Positions 38,504-51,470 of a DNA stretch of 64,000 nucleotides are shown piece after piece (the stretch's first letter is position 1; each line of letters starts with the position of its first letter). Source of the stretch: Lama guanicoe (Eukaryota); NCBI GenBank assembly GCA_013239625.1, contig MU054212.1:9038898-9102897 (forward strand). The letters are read 5' to 3'. The translations under genes and the position numbers were made by a program. The notes under the pieces are model-generated. The model worked only from the letters and a program-made list of their open reading frames with translations, was not told the DNA's origin and ran no database searches.

Positions 38504-38609
38504 GATGACAAGGATTTGGTGCATGAATTTGTAGTGGCTGAAGGCCTGACGTGTTTGATCAAGGTGGGAGCTGAGGCCGATCAGAACTATCAGAACTACA
38601 TTCTGAGGG
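38504..38609 (+). CDS. FHOD3: FHOD3 internal coding exon (106 nt, probable exon 5), phase 0 to phase 1
   Basis: A long pyrimidine tract (about 38464-38498) and CAG end at 38503, and the donor GTAAGT starts at 38610. It encodes [35 protein letters not shown] plus one G, in frame with the previous exon, and overlaps ORF 38516..38698. Confidence 0.96.
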
Positions 38610-39199
38610 GTAAGTTACGCCGGCCTGGGGCAGCCAGCCCCTGCTGCCGGGGAGGTCATGGGTCACCTCCAGGAACTCCAACACTGAGAGCTCTTTAAAA
38701 GATGTGGATTACGGACTAAGGTGATGAAGACGTCTTGCAGCAAAGGATGACACCTTCGTCGGGTTTTATCAGTTCCTAGTAACTAGTGACTGAGTTCATT
38801 TTTTTGACTTTACCTGAAGTCTCTTCCCAGTTATTAAAAAAGAGCACATTCGGTTTTTTATAATCTCTTTAATTGATGAGGAAAGGGACATACCAAGTGG
38901 TGTGGGTAACACCTCCATTTCAGCAGAAAGCCACCCCAAACCAAAGAGGTCAATTTGCTTCCTGGGAAAAATACTGTCTCCAACTTGGATCATCCCCGGG
39001 AGTTCTTGTAAGAAGTGCACGTTCCTCTCCATGTCCTGTTTCTGACTAGGTAGGTCGCGGATGGGCCCAGAATCTGCATTTTAAAGAAGGGTGCTGAGAG
39101 CTACCTCCATAATTTCATTTTTTTGTAAAGTGTTGCACGTGCAGCATCTAAAACACTGATTACTACTCCAGTTCATAAAGTTAATGCTCTTTGCAGAGT

Positions 39200-39480
39200 T
39201 ACAGTGTTTTTCTGCACATTCACAGAAATAATTTATTTATTCCCGTAAAAAAACCTGTAAATAGGCAGGGCAAGAATTATTAGGTTGGATCATCAGGCAT
39301 AGCGGTTGTCAACAGTTTTGACCCACCCAAGGAAAGATTTAATATAGTTCAAGATTATTTCCATCTTACAGTTGAAACGTTGGAGACTCAACGAGATTGA
39401 GCGTTTGCCTGAAAAAAATCACTTCCTCTAGTGTGTGGTCAAGCAGGGGCCGTGCCCAGGCACTGGGGCACAGCAAGGCT
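39200..39480. mobile_element. MIR fragments
   Basis: Contains attatttccatcttacagttgaaacgttggagactcaacgagattgagcgtttgcct, a MIR core-like segment. Confidence 0.55.
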
Positions 39481-42400
39481 GATCCAGGTTGTGTACCCAG
39501 CCTGCATCTTTGCCATAGCCCCACAACTCCATGTTCATCTAAGGAAAAAAAAATACCCCCTTTGCCTTTCCCTTGGATGAAGGGAAAATATGCAAAACGT
39601 GTGATTTAATATCAGATGTCCACGGTTAGAGTTGAATGAGACAGGTTCAAGGAGGCAGTCCCGTGGTTTCCTGTTGTGTTTTAACCCTGAGAAGATTCCT
39701 TTATGTTCTGAGTCATGACCCAGCACCTCGAACTCTGTATCCTTCCCCATTTTCCCTGCTCCTGGAGACTCATTTCAACACAGGCAAGAGCAAAAGAGAA
39801 AACTTTGGGCTCATTCAAAAAAATTTTCTTTAGGGATGTATTTTCAAGTCAGTGTTAATTGTTTCTGTCCAAACATGTGTGTGAGAGGGGCTTCCTCAGC
39901 CTCAGTTTCTCTGCTCCCTGGTGTTTACGAGGCTGGGAGGCACCTCCCTGTGTTCACCTTGTGTCTTTTCCTGGGCAGGGCGGATCCTCATTACAGGATG
40001 AGAGTAGAGATGCTTTATGGATGAATTTTATGGTTTCTCTCCTCAATATCATGAAAACATTTATATGGATACTTGCATGGTGTGGGTAGACAAATTAACC
40101 ATGAACTTTGTCCTGCCGTGTGGCCTCTGAGTGCCGCTGTCCTTCTGTGTCGGCAGAGACGTGTGCAAGTTTCGATTCTCATCCTCAGATTTCTATCCGC
40201 ACGGGTCCAACACCTGGAGTGGGGAACAGCACAGAATTAAGGGTGGGAGCGAGTCCTCTAGTTTACTTTCCGGGTCACTTAGACCACGGACGCTCATAAG
40301 TTGAACCACGTGGAAGGAAATATACCTGAAATTGCCAAATTCTGAACAGTGGGTCCAAACTAAGAGTATTTATTGTTGTTATGTTTAAAGTAGACATCGT
40401 TTTAACTTAAAAAGTCTTCCCCAAGGGGTGCTGGCATGAATGCACGGACCTCCACACACCTCTGTAGAACGAATAACCATCTACAGGTTTGTCTTTATTC
40501 TTCTGACCCTTGCCTAAGAGAGAATATGTGCATTTGTACAGAGCAATTATCAATGTAAATGTTTGCATTCATGTCCACTCAAGGCTGGGGAGAGGAGGGT
40601 GGCTCTGCTGGCTGTGGTCAGCTCCCTCTGATCAGGAAGGTTTAATTCTTGTCAGGAGCCCCCTGCAGACCTCCTGTGGGTTAAAACTGGGTTGTAGGAC
40701 CACCTGTAGCTGTAAGGGAGGTGGGCAGAGGGGGTGTTTGTTTCCTGGACTCTTAAGAGGAGGCAGCAAAAGAGAAAGGCCTGGCTTTGTACCTCGGGTT
40801 GCTAGTGCTGCCACTCAGCGGGGGTTGGGGAGGAAAAGCAGCCTGGCTGGGAGAGCCCCCTGGTCAGCAGCGCCCTGGGGGCCCGGCTGGAGAGGCTGAG
40901 GGCCTCCATGCCGCAGAGGGGATTGCGGGGTAAGGCAGGGTGAGCTCAGTGGCTGTACAAGGTCGTGTGAATTGTACTTGCTGGAAAAGACGGTGCTGAC
41001 ATAGAATCCCTCAGCTAGACTCTCCACCCTCGTGTGTGCCTGTCATTCAGCTCGCAGTGGTTTATTAATTGGCAGCGTTCTGATCTGTGCTAGGAAGTTA
41101 CCAAAGGCAGTTACCAAATGCTTGAGAATCAGAACTCCCCAGCACAGCCAGGGGAGGCCCTAACCTCCTGCTGCTTCTGTCTCTGCAGGAAATGCCTCTG
41201 AGGTAAGACCCGCACCGTAGGCAGTGCTTCCTGCGCCGTGAGGGGCCTGCGTTCCCATTGTCGCACCAAGGCCTTGCCTTATGATTTTGACTTTCCATTA
41301 GGGTCTGCTTATTGAAGGCCAGGAGGCTGCCATCTGTTACCTGGGACATGAGCGGATGCTCAGTCCCGTTCAGGTGACTACAAGCCATCCTGCTCTCCAC
41401 GCAGCCCAGGGCCTCCTGGACCCGCCCGGCTTGTGCTCAGTCTCAGAAGACTCGGGGTAACCGGGGCGCCGTGTGCCAGCGTCTGCACACGTTGACGTAT
41501 CTGACTGAAGCCCGTGCCGGGAAAGTGTACCTTTAAGGGACGTCCCTGACAGATTTCTTAGGCTGAGACATTTGTGTTTGATGCAAGGAAACGATCATTT
41601 TCCCTGGTCCGTGTGTTGAGTCACCCCTTCCTGACCTTGAAGACGTGGAGGCTTTTTTAGGTTGTGATCAGCTATCAGCAGCCCCCAGACCTTTGCCATC
41701 AAGGAATGAGGGATGGGGAGGCCAGATGTAGATCAAGAGGGAGAAACCGGAAAGCCTTTTCCAGTTTTGTACCCACCGTTCTCTGGGGAGGACAGCGTGC
41801 CTGCCCTGGGCCACTCGGGAGAGGCGTGCAGAGGGCACGGGCCGTGACCTCTGCTGTGCTTTGCACACAAGGCGGGGTGAGCAGGGTTAGGAGGGGCTGG
41901 TTTGCATCCTGTTGGTGGGCCCTGGACGGATAGGCCTGGAGTGTGGGGGCCGACATGGCAGGTGGTTGGGGGTGTGGACCAGAGCTGCTGGAAAAGAGGA
42001 CTGAGTGCCCTCTGACCAGAGCCTCAAAACTAGGTCAGGATGGTGCTTAAAGACCCTTCATACAAACCACCAGGGGGGTGAGCCGTCGCAGTGCCTTCGT
42101 GGAGTTTCTTCAGGAGCCCCACTCTGACCACGTGTGAGGCCCCCAGATCTCAAGGAAACCAGAGCATTTGGAGAACCCAGTTCTTTCCACATCTGCTTTT
42201 AGAATCACTAAATGTCGCCTTATTATTGCGTTCAGCCCTCTGACAGCTCTGTTTTTAAGGCCCCAGGATCTGTTGCTTTGAGTTTAGGATGTATCTACTG
42301 AGAGGGAAAGATGGCTTGTGAGTTACGGTGTCACCAAGCACTGTCCAAAAATACGAGCCAGCGGCTGGGAAGAGGTCTTAAATGCACAACATGTAGAAAT

Positions 42401-44299
42401 AATATTTATCTGACTTATTATTTTTGGATGGTTATAGCTAATGACCTAAAGGTTTTTTTATGGGGAGGGCAGTGTGCGGATAGCCAGTGTTTAATATAAA
42501 TCTCCTGTGGAATTTTGTACCTTACAACTATTCTTATTGAAGTGGGACCTTGAGAGCTGTATTCCAGGGAGCTTAAACCTTCCACGCACAGACGGAGCCT
42601 TCACTGTGGGCCGTGTCAGGCCCTGGGGATGCACCGATGAAACCGAGACACAGCTCTGTCCTGGAGAAGCTCCCTGGGAGGTGCTGCATGTGGCCCACTT
42701 TATATGTTGTATCAGAGACGTCTGACACGTTTAGAAACTGCATGTAGGTGATATGCTTTCGGGGAGGAAAGAGAAAAAGATCAGTAGAATCATTGAGACC
42801 AGCTGCCTTTTCTGGCTGTACTTCAAGGGAAGGTGCCTCTTAACTACTTCGTTTTACATGGAGAAATTTGATTTGATCATTTCACCTAAAGCAAAGTACC
42901 CATTAATCATAGAATATCTTAGTATCAGAGCTGGATGAGATCTTAGAACTCCTTCAGCTCAGCCCTTTCATTTTAAGAGAAAACAGCAGGTGTTTAGTTG
43001 GCTCCTGTGTTTTTAAAGATGTTTTAATGGTTGTCAACATTTAAAACTTGGAGAGATTTGACATTAAAAAAAAAAAAATCCAAACTTCGGTTGTCTTTGG
43101 AAAAACTGGAACCAGAGAATTTCAGCACCTTGCCAAGTGTGACTTAACTATAGGGGGAGAAATGCCTTGCACCTTAGAGGATCTTTTAATGAGGATCAGG
43201 ACTTCTGCTCAGATAGATTTATTTTGTCGGCATCACCGGGAACCAGGCAGTGGTATGAAATGATCAAATGGTAATCAAACGATAATTAAGCCAGCATCCT
43301 CCATCCCGGGAAAATGTAAAGGTTTGTGTTTTTGTGTTTCAGAGCAAAGGAGAGTGGAGGTTGGGTTCAGACTGTAGATGTGGGAGGGGAGGGAGGTGCC
43401 CAAACTGTGGTACTAAGATGAGGAGATGAGAACCGAAGAGGGGAGAGCTGTTTAACGTCCGGAACCAAAGTCACTTCCTTGACTGGGTCTCAGGAGAAGC
43501 TGCCTCTTTCTTACCTCTTGCTGGGCATGCTTTCTGTGTCAGTCAGGACTTCAGAGATCAGTCATGGCAGCCACATGGCCAGCTGTGTGGGTGACACACA
43601 GCTCAAGTGTCCTGGTCGTGTCTGTCACCAGCCCTACGATCGGAGGGTAAGGGGAGTTGAGAACTGTGTCAAGGACAGAGCCCTTCACTCGATGTCTCTT
43701 CTTGCTCAGTTGGCGTGACAGGGGCTTTCCCAGCGGGGAATCACGCTGGCCAGCACAAGTTAGCAGCCAGACTGAACATTCAGAGATCAGAGTGTCAGAG
43801 CATCCAGGCCGGCGGGATGCAGGTGGACAAGGAAACTACAAAACCTGAGCGATGTAGATATTTTTCTTAAAAGAGAAATAGCTCTAATTGTTTCATTATG
43901 TAACTTGTGAACACACAGCTGTCTGAAAAGCAGACAACAAACAGCAAAAACATAAAAATCACTGAAAATCCCACAAAACAGACCGTTTTCTGCCCAGCCA
44001 TGTACATGCTTGCTTTGCACATGCCTGTGACACAGATGAAGTGTCCTGTACATGTGCTGGCAAACGTCTTCTGGAAGGGAGCTGGGGACCCTGCACGCTG
44101 GCTTTGTGACGTCTCCTAGACTTGGCACAAGTATTTACTTCTTTAAGTTGCTGCTCCCTCGCCTATAAAAGGGAGGCAGTACCTTCTTTAAAGGAGTGTT
44201 CTGAAGTCAAAGAGCTCACGGAAAGGTCTAAATAAAGGACTGAATTGTAGACATTTATTATCAATAATAGTCAGTGATACGACTGCAGTAATCACCCAT

Positions 44300-44652
44300 T
44301 ATGTGCTGAATTATGCACCCCTTCAAATTCATACGTCGAAGTCAAACCCCCTAATACCTCAGAACATGACTGTATTTGAAGAGAGGGCCTTTAAAGAGCT
44401 AATTAGGTTACAGTGAGGTCACTCGGCCCTGAGCCAGGATGACTCGTATCCTTGTGAGAAGAAGAGATTAAGACACAGACCTGTATGAGGGGAAAGGATA
44501 TGAAAATGACCATCTGTGAGTCAAGCAGAGAGGCCTCAGGAGAAACCAGCTCTGCAGACACTTTGAACTTGGACTTCCGGCGTCCAGAACTGTGAGAAGT
44601 GACCATCAGGTGCACGTGGCACCTGTTACAGCGGCCCAGGCAGACGGATACG
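44300..44652 (+). mobile_element. MaLR LTR (MLT1A/B-like)
   Basis: Contains gctgaattatgcaccccttcaaattcatacgtcgaagtc, gactgtatttgaagagagggcctttaaagag, gagaggcctcaggagaaacc and ggacttccggcgtccagaactgtgaga. Confidence 0.85.
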
Positions 44653-44669
44653 CCTCTCAGGGAGTCACT

Positions 44670-45115
44670 GGGAATTACCTCGGAGGAAAATCCTGGGGAC
44701 AGAGTCGTTGGCGTCGAAGGTGTGTACATTTTTGTCTTGTTTTTGATTGAATAAATGCCCTGCAGAGGGGATGTGTGAATCTCTGCTCCCTCCGGCGCTC
44801 TCCATTTCTGCTTGTTTCTGGTGATCAGGGCACGCGTATTCCTACGGACGAATTTTCTTAGTCATTTTTATAAAATGGTTTGTACATTTTGGTTGTCATT
44901 GTGTTAAATTTATCGACGAACTGGGGACGTATTGACCTCCTTATTTAAAAATTCAAAACTATTCCTTGCATGCACTTTGTGTTACAGGACAAACCCTTTG
45001 CAGGGACACGTTCTCCGTCTCACTCTTGTGTGCAATGTCCGTTCTCCTGGCTTTTGTTACAGAATTTGATGCATCTCCCCCCAGGTGTTTTTGTTTATTT
45101 GTTTATCCATTTTTG
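44670..45115 (-). mobile_element. Ancient L1M fragment
   Basis: ggaaaatcctggggacagagtcgttggcgtcgaaggtgtgtacatttt...gccctgcagagggg resembles the antisense L1 motif ttcctagaagtggaattgctgggtcaaagggtat. Confidence 0.45.
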
Positions 45116-47689
45116 AGTTGAGTCAGATACTTACCACATGAAAAGATGAGAGGGTTCCCTCGAGTCTCTTTCCTGTTTGGTTTGTAAACTTAGTTTGGGA
45201 GTGTCACCTAAGAAAGGCCTTTTCGGTGGGGTTTTGCTTCCATTTTGTGTCTTGGAGCCTGGGTTCCCCAGTTGTGACGACCACTTGGCTGAGACAGGAA
45301 GGCTCGTGGGTGAGGTACCCCTTCCCCGAGGGAGAGTCAGCCTCCCCTTCCTCTGTGTTCACACGCGGGGAGCTCTCCCTTTGAGGACTTAGAGGAGTGG
45401 GAACCTCTTCCTTTGAGGACTTGGGTGAGTAGCGTGCCTGCTGGAGGCCTGGTCTGTCAGTGCTGGGCCGTCACCAGCTGCGGCGTGTGGGCTGGGGTGT
45501 CTGGAAAAACTGGGCCGCTCACAGCCTTGGGATGTGGGCTCCACATTTTGTTTATTTGTTGTTTCTTCCTTGCTGTAGTTTTCAAAACCTCTGCGTTTTG
45601 GGTGTCTACTGTTCTTTATGCCCTGGTGTCACTCTCCTCGGCCTGACCTTTCTGCTCAGCCCCTTGGCACGCTGCTGGGGATACGGCCTCCAGGCGGAAC
45701 CAGCCACAGACCTGCCGAGGGGTTTGGTCAGGGTGGGAAGGCCGCAGCCCGCCCTGCTTGGGGAGGGAGGCTGAGTCACTCTTGTTGCTGGTATGTGGTG
45801 GCAGAAAGGTCATCCCTGAGTGATCTGAGGGTCCCGTCTGGGGCCCCTCTTGCCACCCCTCCTACCCCTGCCCTGCATGAGGCCTGCGCCCCTCTTAAAA
45901 AACTGGGTTAGGGAAGAGCCAAGAGCTACCCTGTGTCCTGCCCCTCCCAGCCCGTCCGGGCACAGGGCCCAGACGTGGGCGCTCACCGGGCCTTCTCCGT
46001 GGCCCGTGCAGGCCGTGGGAGACGGCGGCCTTGCCCGGCTTGTGTCCGTGGCTGTCTCCCAGGAGAGGGAGGCGGCGGCTGGGCCCAGCGTCCCCCGCGG
46101 CCGGCACCTTCTCAAAGCCCATGGCGTGTGGTCGGCCATGCCTGGTCTTGGGGCTCGTGGGCCCTCTTCCCACTTCTCATTGGTCACTGGGGTCGATCGG
46201 TAGGAAGGGGGTTTGGAGGCCTCTTGTGCTGCCATCTTTCTGGAAGTGTGAAATCACAGAATCATTGCTGGTGGTCCATGTCCCGACAGACCCTCAGGCT
46301 GTCACGCTGTGTGCAGGAAGGCGATGGATCGGGGGGTGACGGAGCACGGGAAGGCCAGAGCCAGGTCCTGAACTTTGATGGGACAAAGTGCCCTTTGTTT
46401 TCCCTCTAGGCTCTCAGGAGAGAGAGGAAGGGGCTGGGAGAGGCCGCAGGTGAGGCCGGCGACACTGGCGACCTGGAGCCCCCTCCCTGCAATTGTCAGC
46501 AGGTACGACATTCAGCCTTCAGAGTCTAACTCTGAGAAGAGGGCGCTTCCAGCTCTAACCATGACGTTGCTTTCCAGCTTCACTCCCTTCCCGGGTACTT
46601 TTCCCCTCTAATTAGAAAATGCTTTTCTTTTGGTGACTTTGCCTTTGAACTAATCAGGCTTTTCTTTCAAGTTCTAATTTTTCGGAACTAAAAATCAATG
46701 ATTAATTCTGTTGAATGAAGCAGGAATTAAGTAGTCACAGACACACTCCACAGGGTAGTCTTTATAAAGCAGTACACGGCCAGGTCTACCTGGCAAACAT
46801 TATCCCCAGCCTGCAGCATCATTCGGCCACATCGTATGACATTGCCGATAGGTGACCATTTTTACGGTGGAAATGGTACAGTTGAGTGGTTTAACTTAAT
46901 ACGATTATCGTAATTTAAACTTGACTCTGCTCTAGACTGAGCCGATGCTTCTTTAAAATTCACCTTGCGTTCTGCAGAGAGTCACAGCCCTCCAGAAATT
47001 CAGGCCAGATTGCAGACAAAAAAATAATCCCCCAAAACACACGCACAAAAAAATTCCAAACACCCAACCCCTCGCTATTTTGTGCAGCTGTGCCTCTGAG
47101 CACTTCGGCCTGTCACAGCCTCAGCCAGAGAGATTCCTCCAGAATTTTCACCTCCACTGGCAGCCCCCATGCCCTCCCTTCTATCTGTGATGAGAAGGAA
47201 GAAAGAAGCACAGTGTTATTTGGCCATTCCTCTGTGTGGAATTTTCCACGACTGAAGCTCATTGCTATGTGTTCATCAGGAATTTTTCCACTTTATACCG
47301 AAGATGTCCTCACTCTGTCCCTCCCTCCTTGTTCAGGGGACTTTTCCAGAGGCCCTGCTGATGAGGTGGATCTTGAATCATGATCATTACTTTCTATCTC
47401 ACACGTCGTCGTCTTTTATAGGGCTTCTGCTTAGAAATCCAGGCTTACGATCGAACAGGCTCTCTTAAGCAGATTTTAAAAGTAGCCCCAAACGTGGCTT
47501 AAAATGATTTTTCTGGCTGGAGTTTACTGGGGAAATGTCAGTTGCTGGGTTCATAGACCGTTCTGAGGGCTTTTGGTAGATTGGGCCAGCCTCCTGCAGG
47601 ATGCTGCCACCATGACTTCCCCTGCCAGTGACGTGCACAGGGTCCCCAGCCTAGGTCACTCTGCAGTGCTTCAGAGCTGCGGAGCTGGC

Positions 47690-48490
47690 TGTCCTGGGTG
47701 TCCCCAGTGCACCATGTCCAAGCCCCAACCTGACATCCTCACCCCCCGGTCAGCACCCCCACGGCTCTGTTCGTCCCCCATCACGTTCAGGTCAGCTCCT
47801 TGGGGGCCTCCTAGACCCTCTGTCTCACTCTCTCTAATCATCAACTACCGTATTGGGCTTTCCTACCCTTCACTCCCTTTCTCTTTTCATTTCCTGTTTT
47901 AGTTTCTGAGGTCAGGCCATCATTCTGTTCTGATCTGCTTCCCCAGCCTCCTAACTCCCCCCTCTGCTTTGACCCCTGCCTCCCGTGGTCCATTTTGCAC
48001 CCTGCTGCCTGTCTGACCTTCTGCAGTGCCCAGCTGGACTCCTCAGGCCTTGGCGAACATGGCTCAGTGGCTTCTCTCATCCTCAGATGAAGTCCTGGGC
48101 CTCCTGCGTGGGTAGCGCCCATCTCGGTCCTGCCCTAGTGGACCTGTTCACCCTGTTGCAGGCCTCTCCCTGGCCTCAGCATCACCCCTCCTCCCCTGGG
48201 TCATGCTTTATCCCTTGCCTCCTGCTTGTCCTCAGGATGAGGTCAGAGACACTGTTCTGCAGCAGACCTTCCCTTACCCTCCTGATATTTTGGCCCCCTT
48301 GCACACCCTGGTCTTGACACTTACCTCATTGGTGATAAGTGTTAGTTGAGCGTGGACTATGGGCCAGAGACCCTGGGCTAACTCCCTGCACCATACTTGG
48401 CTGCCTCCATGTCAGTTTCCATCCTCGATGCCAGGCACATTTTAGGAGCTCAGTAAAAATTGGCTGAAGGAGAGAACAGATGAATGATAG
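47690..48490 (+). mobile_element. Degenerate L2 with 3' end
   Basis: ccatgtccaagccccaacctgacatc...gccaggcacatt..ggagctcagtaaaaattggctgaa...atgaatga. Confidence 0.55.
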
Positions 48491-48894
48491 ATCGTCTGCG
48501 GGGAAGAGAACCCCCAGCTCTCGAGGAAGCTGCTGGTTTGTACTAAGAATTCCAGAGCGCCTGGACTTGCTCACCCTAAGCTTTAGCTCACCAGAGCTTG
48601 TTTCGGAAGCACGATTACGCAGGTTGATTTGTTTTTGGTCCTTAGGGAAAAAAATGACGAACAATTGCGTTTTTCTTTTTGATCAGCTTACAAGATCAGT
48701 AGATCAAGATAGTGTATCTTTATTTTAAATTTGTCATGATTTCTGCAGATAAAATACATGCGAAAATGGGTTATACTTTATAACTGGTTTTGTATCTCAG
48801 GAAGTGACTTAAGTGTCACCAGAACAGGTGTGTTATGGGTTCCTTGGTGTCAGGAGCTCGCAGCCTTTATGGCCCCAGGTCCAGCCTGCTCTTT

Positions 48895-48960
48895 GGTGTC
48901 ATGCGGATATTCAACAGATATTTGATGGGAAAAAAAGTGAATGAATGAATGAATGAATGA
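48895..48960 (+). mobile_element. L2 3' tail with (GAAT)n
   Basis: tcaacagatatttgatgg...gtgaatgaatgaatgaatgaatga. Confidence 0.6.
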
Positions 48961-50916
48961 GGAGTCCCCAGAGCCATGACACGGAGCTCTGTCTTGGTCT
49001 TGCTCAGTGGTTTATGAGTGACTGAGTAAGCGCAGACTTCATAACCAAGAACTGGTGTGCATGACCTGAAAATATGGAATAATGGCAGGGCAGCGTCACA
49101 TAATAAACGGTAAAGTGCAATTTGGAGAGTTTTCATTTGGTTGGTTCTTGGTAGCCTTATTATGTCAACCGCATTATCCCTCACTTTCCTTCCCCTGCCT
49201 CTTCTTTCCCCAGCTCCCTAAAGCTGGACTCTGCCAAAAGCCACTCCTGCTCTGGTTTGGCCTGACTCCTTTCTCGAGTCAGTTCCCGCAGGCAGAACTG
49301 TGCTCCGTGGCCCCCGCTGCACACACTCGTCTCTGCCTCCCGTGCCTGCTTGGCCGCAGGGTTCCCCGAAACACTTCCAGGGCGCCCAGGTCGTCCCAGG
49401 ATTAGAGCCCTACCCCCTTGTCTCCCAGGGACCCCTGTCCTTGGAGCTGGGCTTGAGCCCGCCAGGATTTAAGTAGGAAAGAAGCTGAGATGTCGTTAGA
49501 TAAGTAAGGGGTGGATTTCAGAGGAAGGGATAGAACTGTTGCTTTTAAAGGCAGATTGGGAGCAATGAGCAGGAGTTGCAGGAAAGTGGTTTCTGACTGA
49601 AGACGAGCTCCAAGAAAAGAGTTGGAAAATTAGTTTATTTCTCTTGCCAGTGTAAACTGATCAGGGGTGACTTTCTGGAGCATTCTGTTGAGGATTCTGA
49701 AGCCACATCCAGCATCAGCAGGAAAGAGTGCCATGACTGGTTAGTGATGTCTGTCAGCAGCCCGGGAGGTGGCGAGCGAGAGGAGGAATGCTGTATACGG
49801 CATTTGCTGATTCTGAGGAATATCTGGCATTTTCAGAATGTTGGGTTGATTTCAGACAGGTGTGTGCGATAATTCGTTTTCCAACCACAGAACACACTAC
49901 TCTGCACTGGGAATGTTCCAACAGAGCCTGGGGTGGTGGCCTTTTAGGGCTGCTGTGGTTGGGGTAGGGTCCTACTGTGTGAACTCTAATACCCCTTCCA
50001 GCCCTGAGATTCTGTAAATCTGAGTAAATTATAATAAGCAGAAGGGATGGAAGCAGAGCCGTTTGACTCTCCCTCGTCTGCGTGTCCTGTATCAGCTGTT
50101 GTAGGATCCCCAGATACCACCAAACTCATATTGTCCTTTTGCAGCTTCCAAGAAGGCCATCTGGTTACATGGCATAATGTCCAGCCAAGTCATTGAAAAG
50201 GAAGATGAACTGCCCTTAGTCACTTAGGGGCTAGCATGCATAATGATCTGCAAGATTCAGAAAGATTAGCAGGGTGAGTGCTGGTGTATATGCAGGAATT
50301 CATCTGCACGTGGTGAGGTCAGGAGCACCGGGGACATGGATGGGTTTGCTCTTTCTCCAGAGCCTGTGGACCAGGAGCCAGGAGGGCTCACAGAAACACC
50401 GTGGGGTTAGACTCATGGGTCAGACAAGGCAGGACTGGAGAAGCAGATTGGGGGCCATGAGGAGAGGCCCACAGACAGGGCCGCCTCCCTTGGCTGCTGC
50501 TTGACTTCCCTGGTGTCTTTCCGCACCACCACCCTGGTCCCAATGGTTTCTATCTCTATGTGCGGCTGGCTACCCCACGCCCTTCTTTCCAGATCCTCTT
50601 CTTGTCTGTTCCAAATCCTCCAGGTCTTAACTGGAGGCTTGCAAAAAGTTTGACCTCCCCCTAACTTGAGATTTCATTGCCTTTTGTCAGTCTGTGGCCC
50701 TAGTTCTTCTGTGGTCGGAGGCCTCAATAAATAAAGCTGGGTTGGTTCGTTCATTCATCAGTGCGTGTGGCCTGATTGCCTTCCAGGAGTCAGTCACTTC
50801 GGGGACATAGTGTAGAGAAGCAGCGAACAGTACAAGCTAAGTAATTCTTGTTAAGTCCAAGACTAAGGTGCTGAGGAGAGGAGCCTCCAATTTAGTAGGG
50901 AAAGTGACATGCGTAC

Positions 50917-51470
50917 TGTGGCAGGCTGAGTTCTAAGATGGCCCCAAAGATTCCTTCCTCCTGGTGTATGCCCTGTACAATCCTCTCCCCTTGAGTGCGG
51001 GCCAGACCTGTGACAATGATGGCCACGGGGATAGCACAGTGCTGTGATGATGTCACACTATCTGGCAAAGGTGAAAGGACTTACAGGTGCAATTAAGGTC
51101 CCAAGTCAGTTGAATTTGAAGCAGTTCAAAGGGAGGTCATTCTGGATGGGACAGGCGCAAACACAGGAACCCCTTAAAAGGGGGTCTCGAAGTCAGAGCC
51201 ACTTTCTTCTACTGACCTTGGAGGAGCAAGCTGCCAGGAGCTCTACAGCTGCAAAGGAGGAAATGCTGCCAGCGACCACATAAGCTTGGAAGAGGATCCC
51301 AAGCCTCCGAGGGGACCGCAGCCCCAGCTGACACCTCGACTGCAGCCTTGAGAGACCCCAAGCAGAGGACCCAGATAAGCTGTGCCTGGACCACTGCCCC
51401 AGGAAGCTGTGAGATAACAAATAGCTGTGGTTTTGAGCTGCTGAATCTGTGGTAACTTGTCGCATAGCAA
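50917..51470 (+). mobile_element. MaLR LTR (MLT1E/F-like)
   Basis: Contains tgtggcaggctgagttctaagatggcccc, cagccccagctgacacctcgactgcagccttgagagacc and gaagctgtgagataacaaatagctgtggttttgagctgctgaatctgtggtaacttgt. Confidence 0.85.

Noticed and set aside
38610..38698. In-frame read-through of exon 5 into the intron (ORF to 38698)
   Set aside because: A strong GTAAGT donor sits at 38610, the extension is not FHOD-like, and I have no evidence for intron retention.
9752..47453. Recurrent TACGATCG (9752, 43635, 47446) and overlapping palindromes at 18030-18044
   Set aside because: These are short, noticed after the fact and irregularly spaced, so they are compatible with chance.
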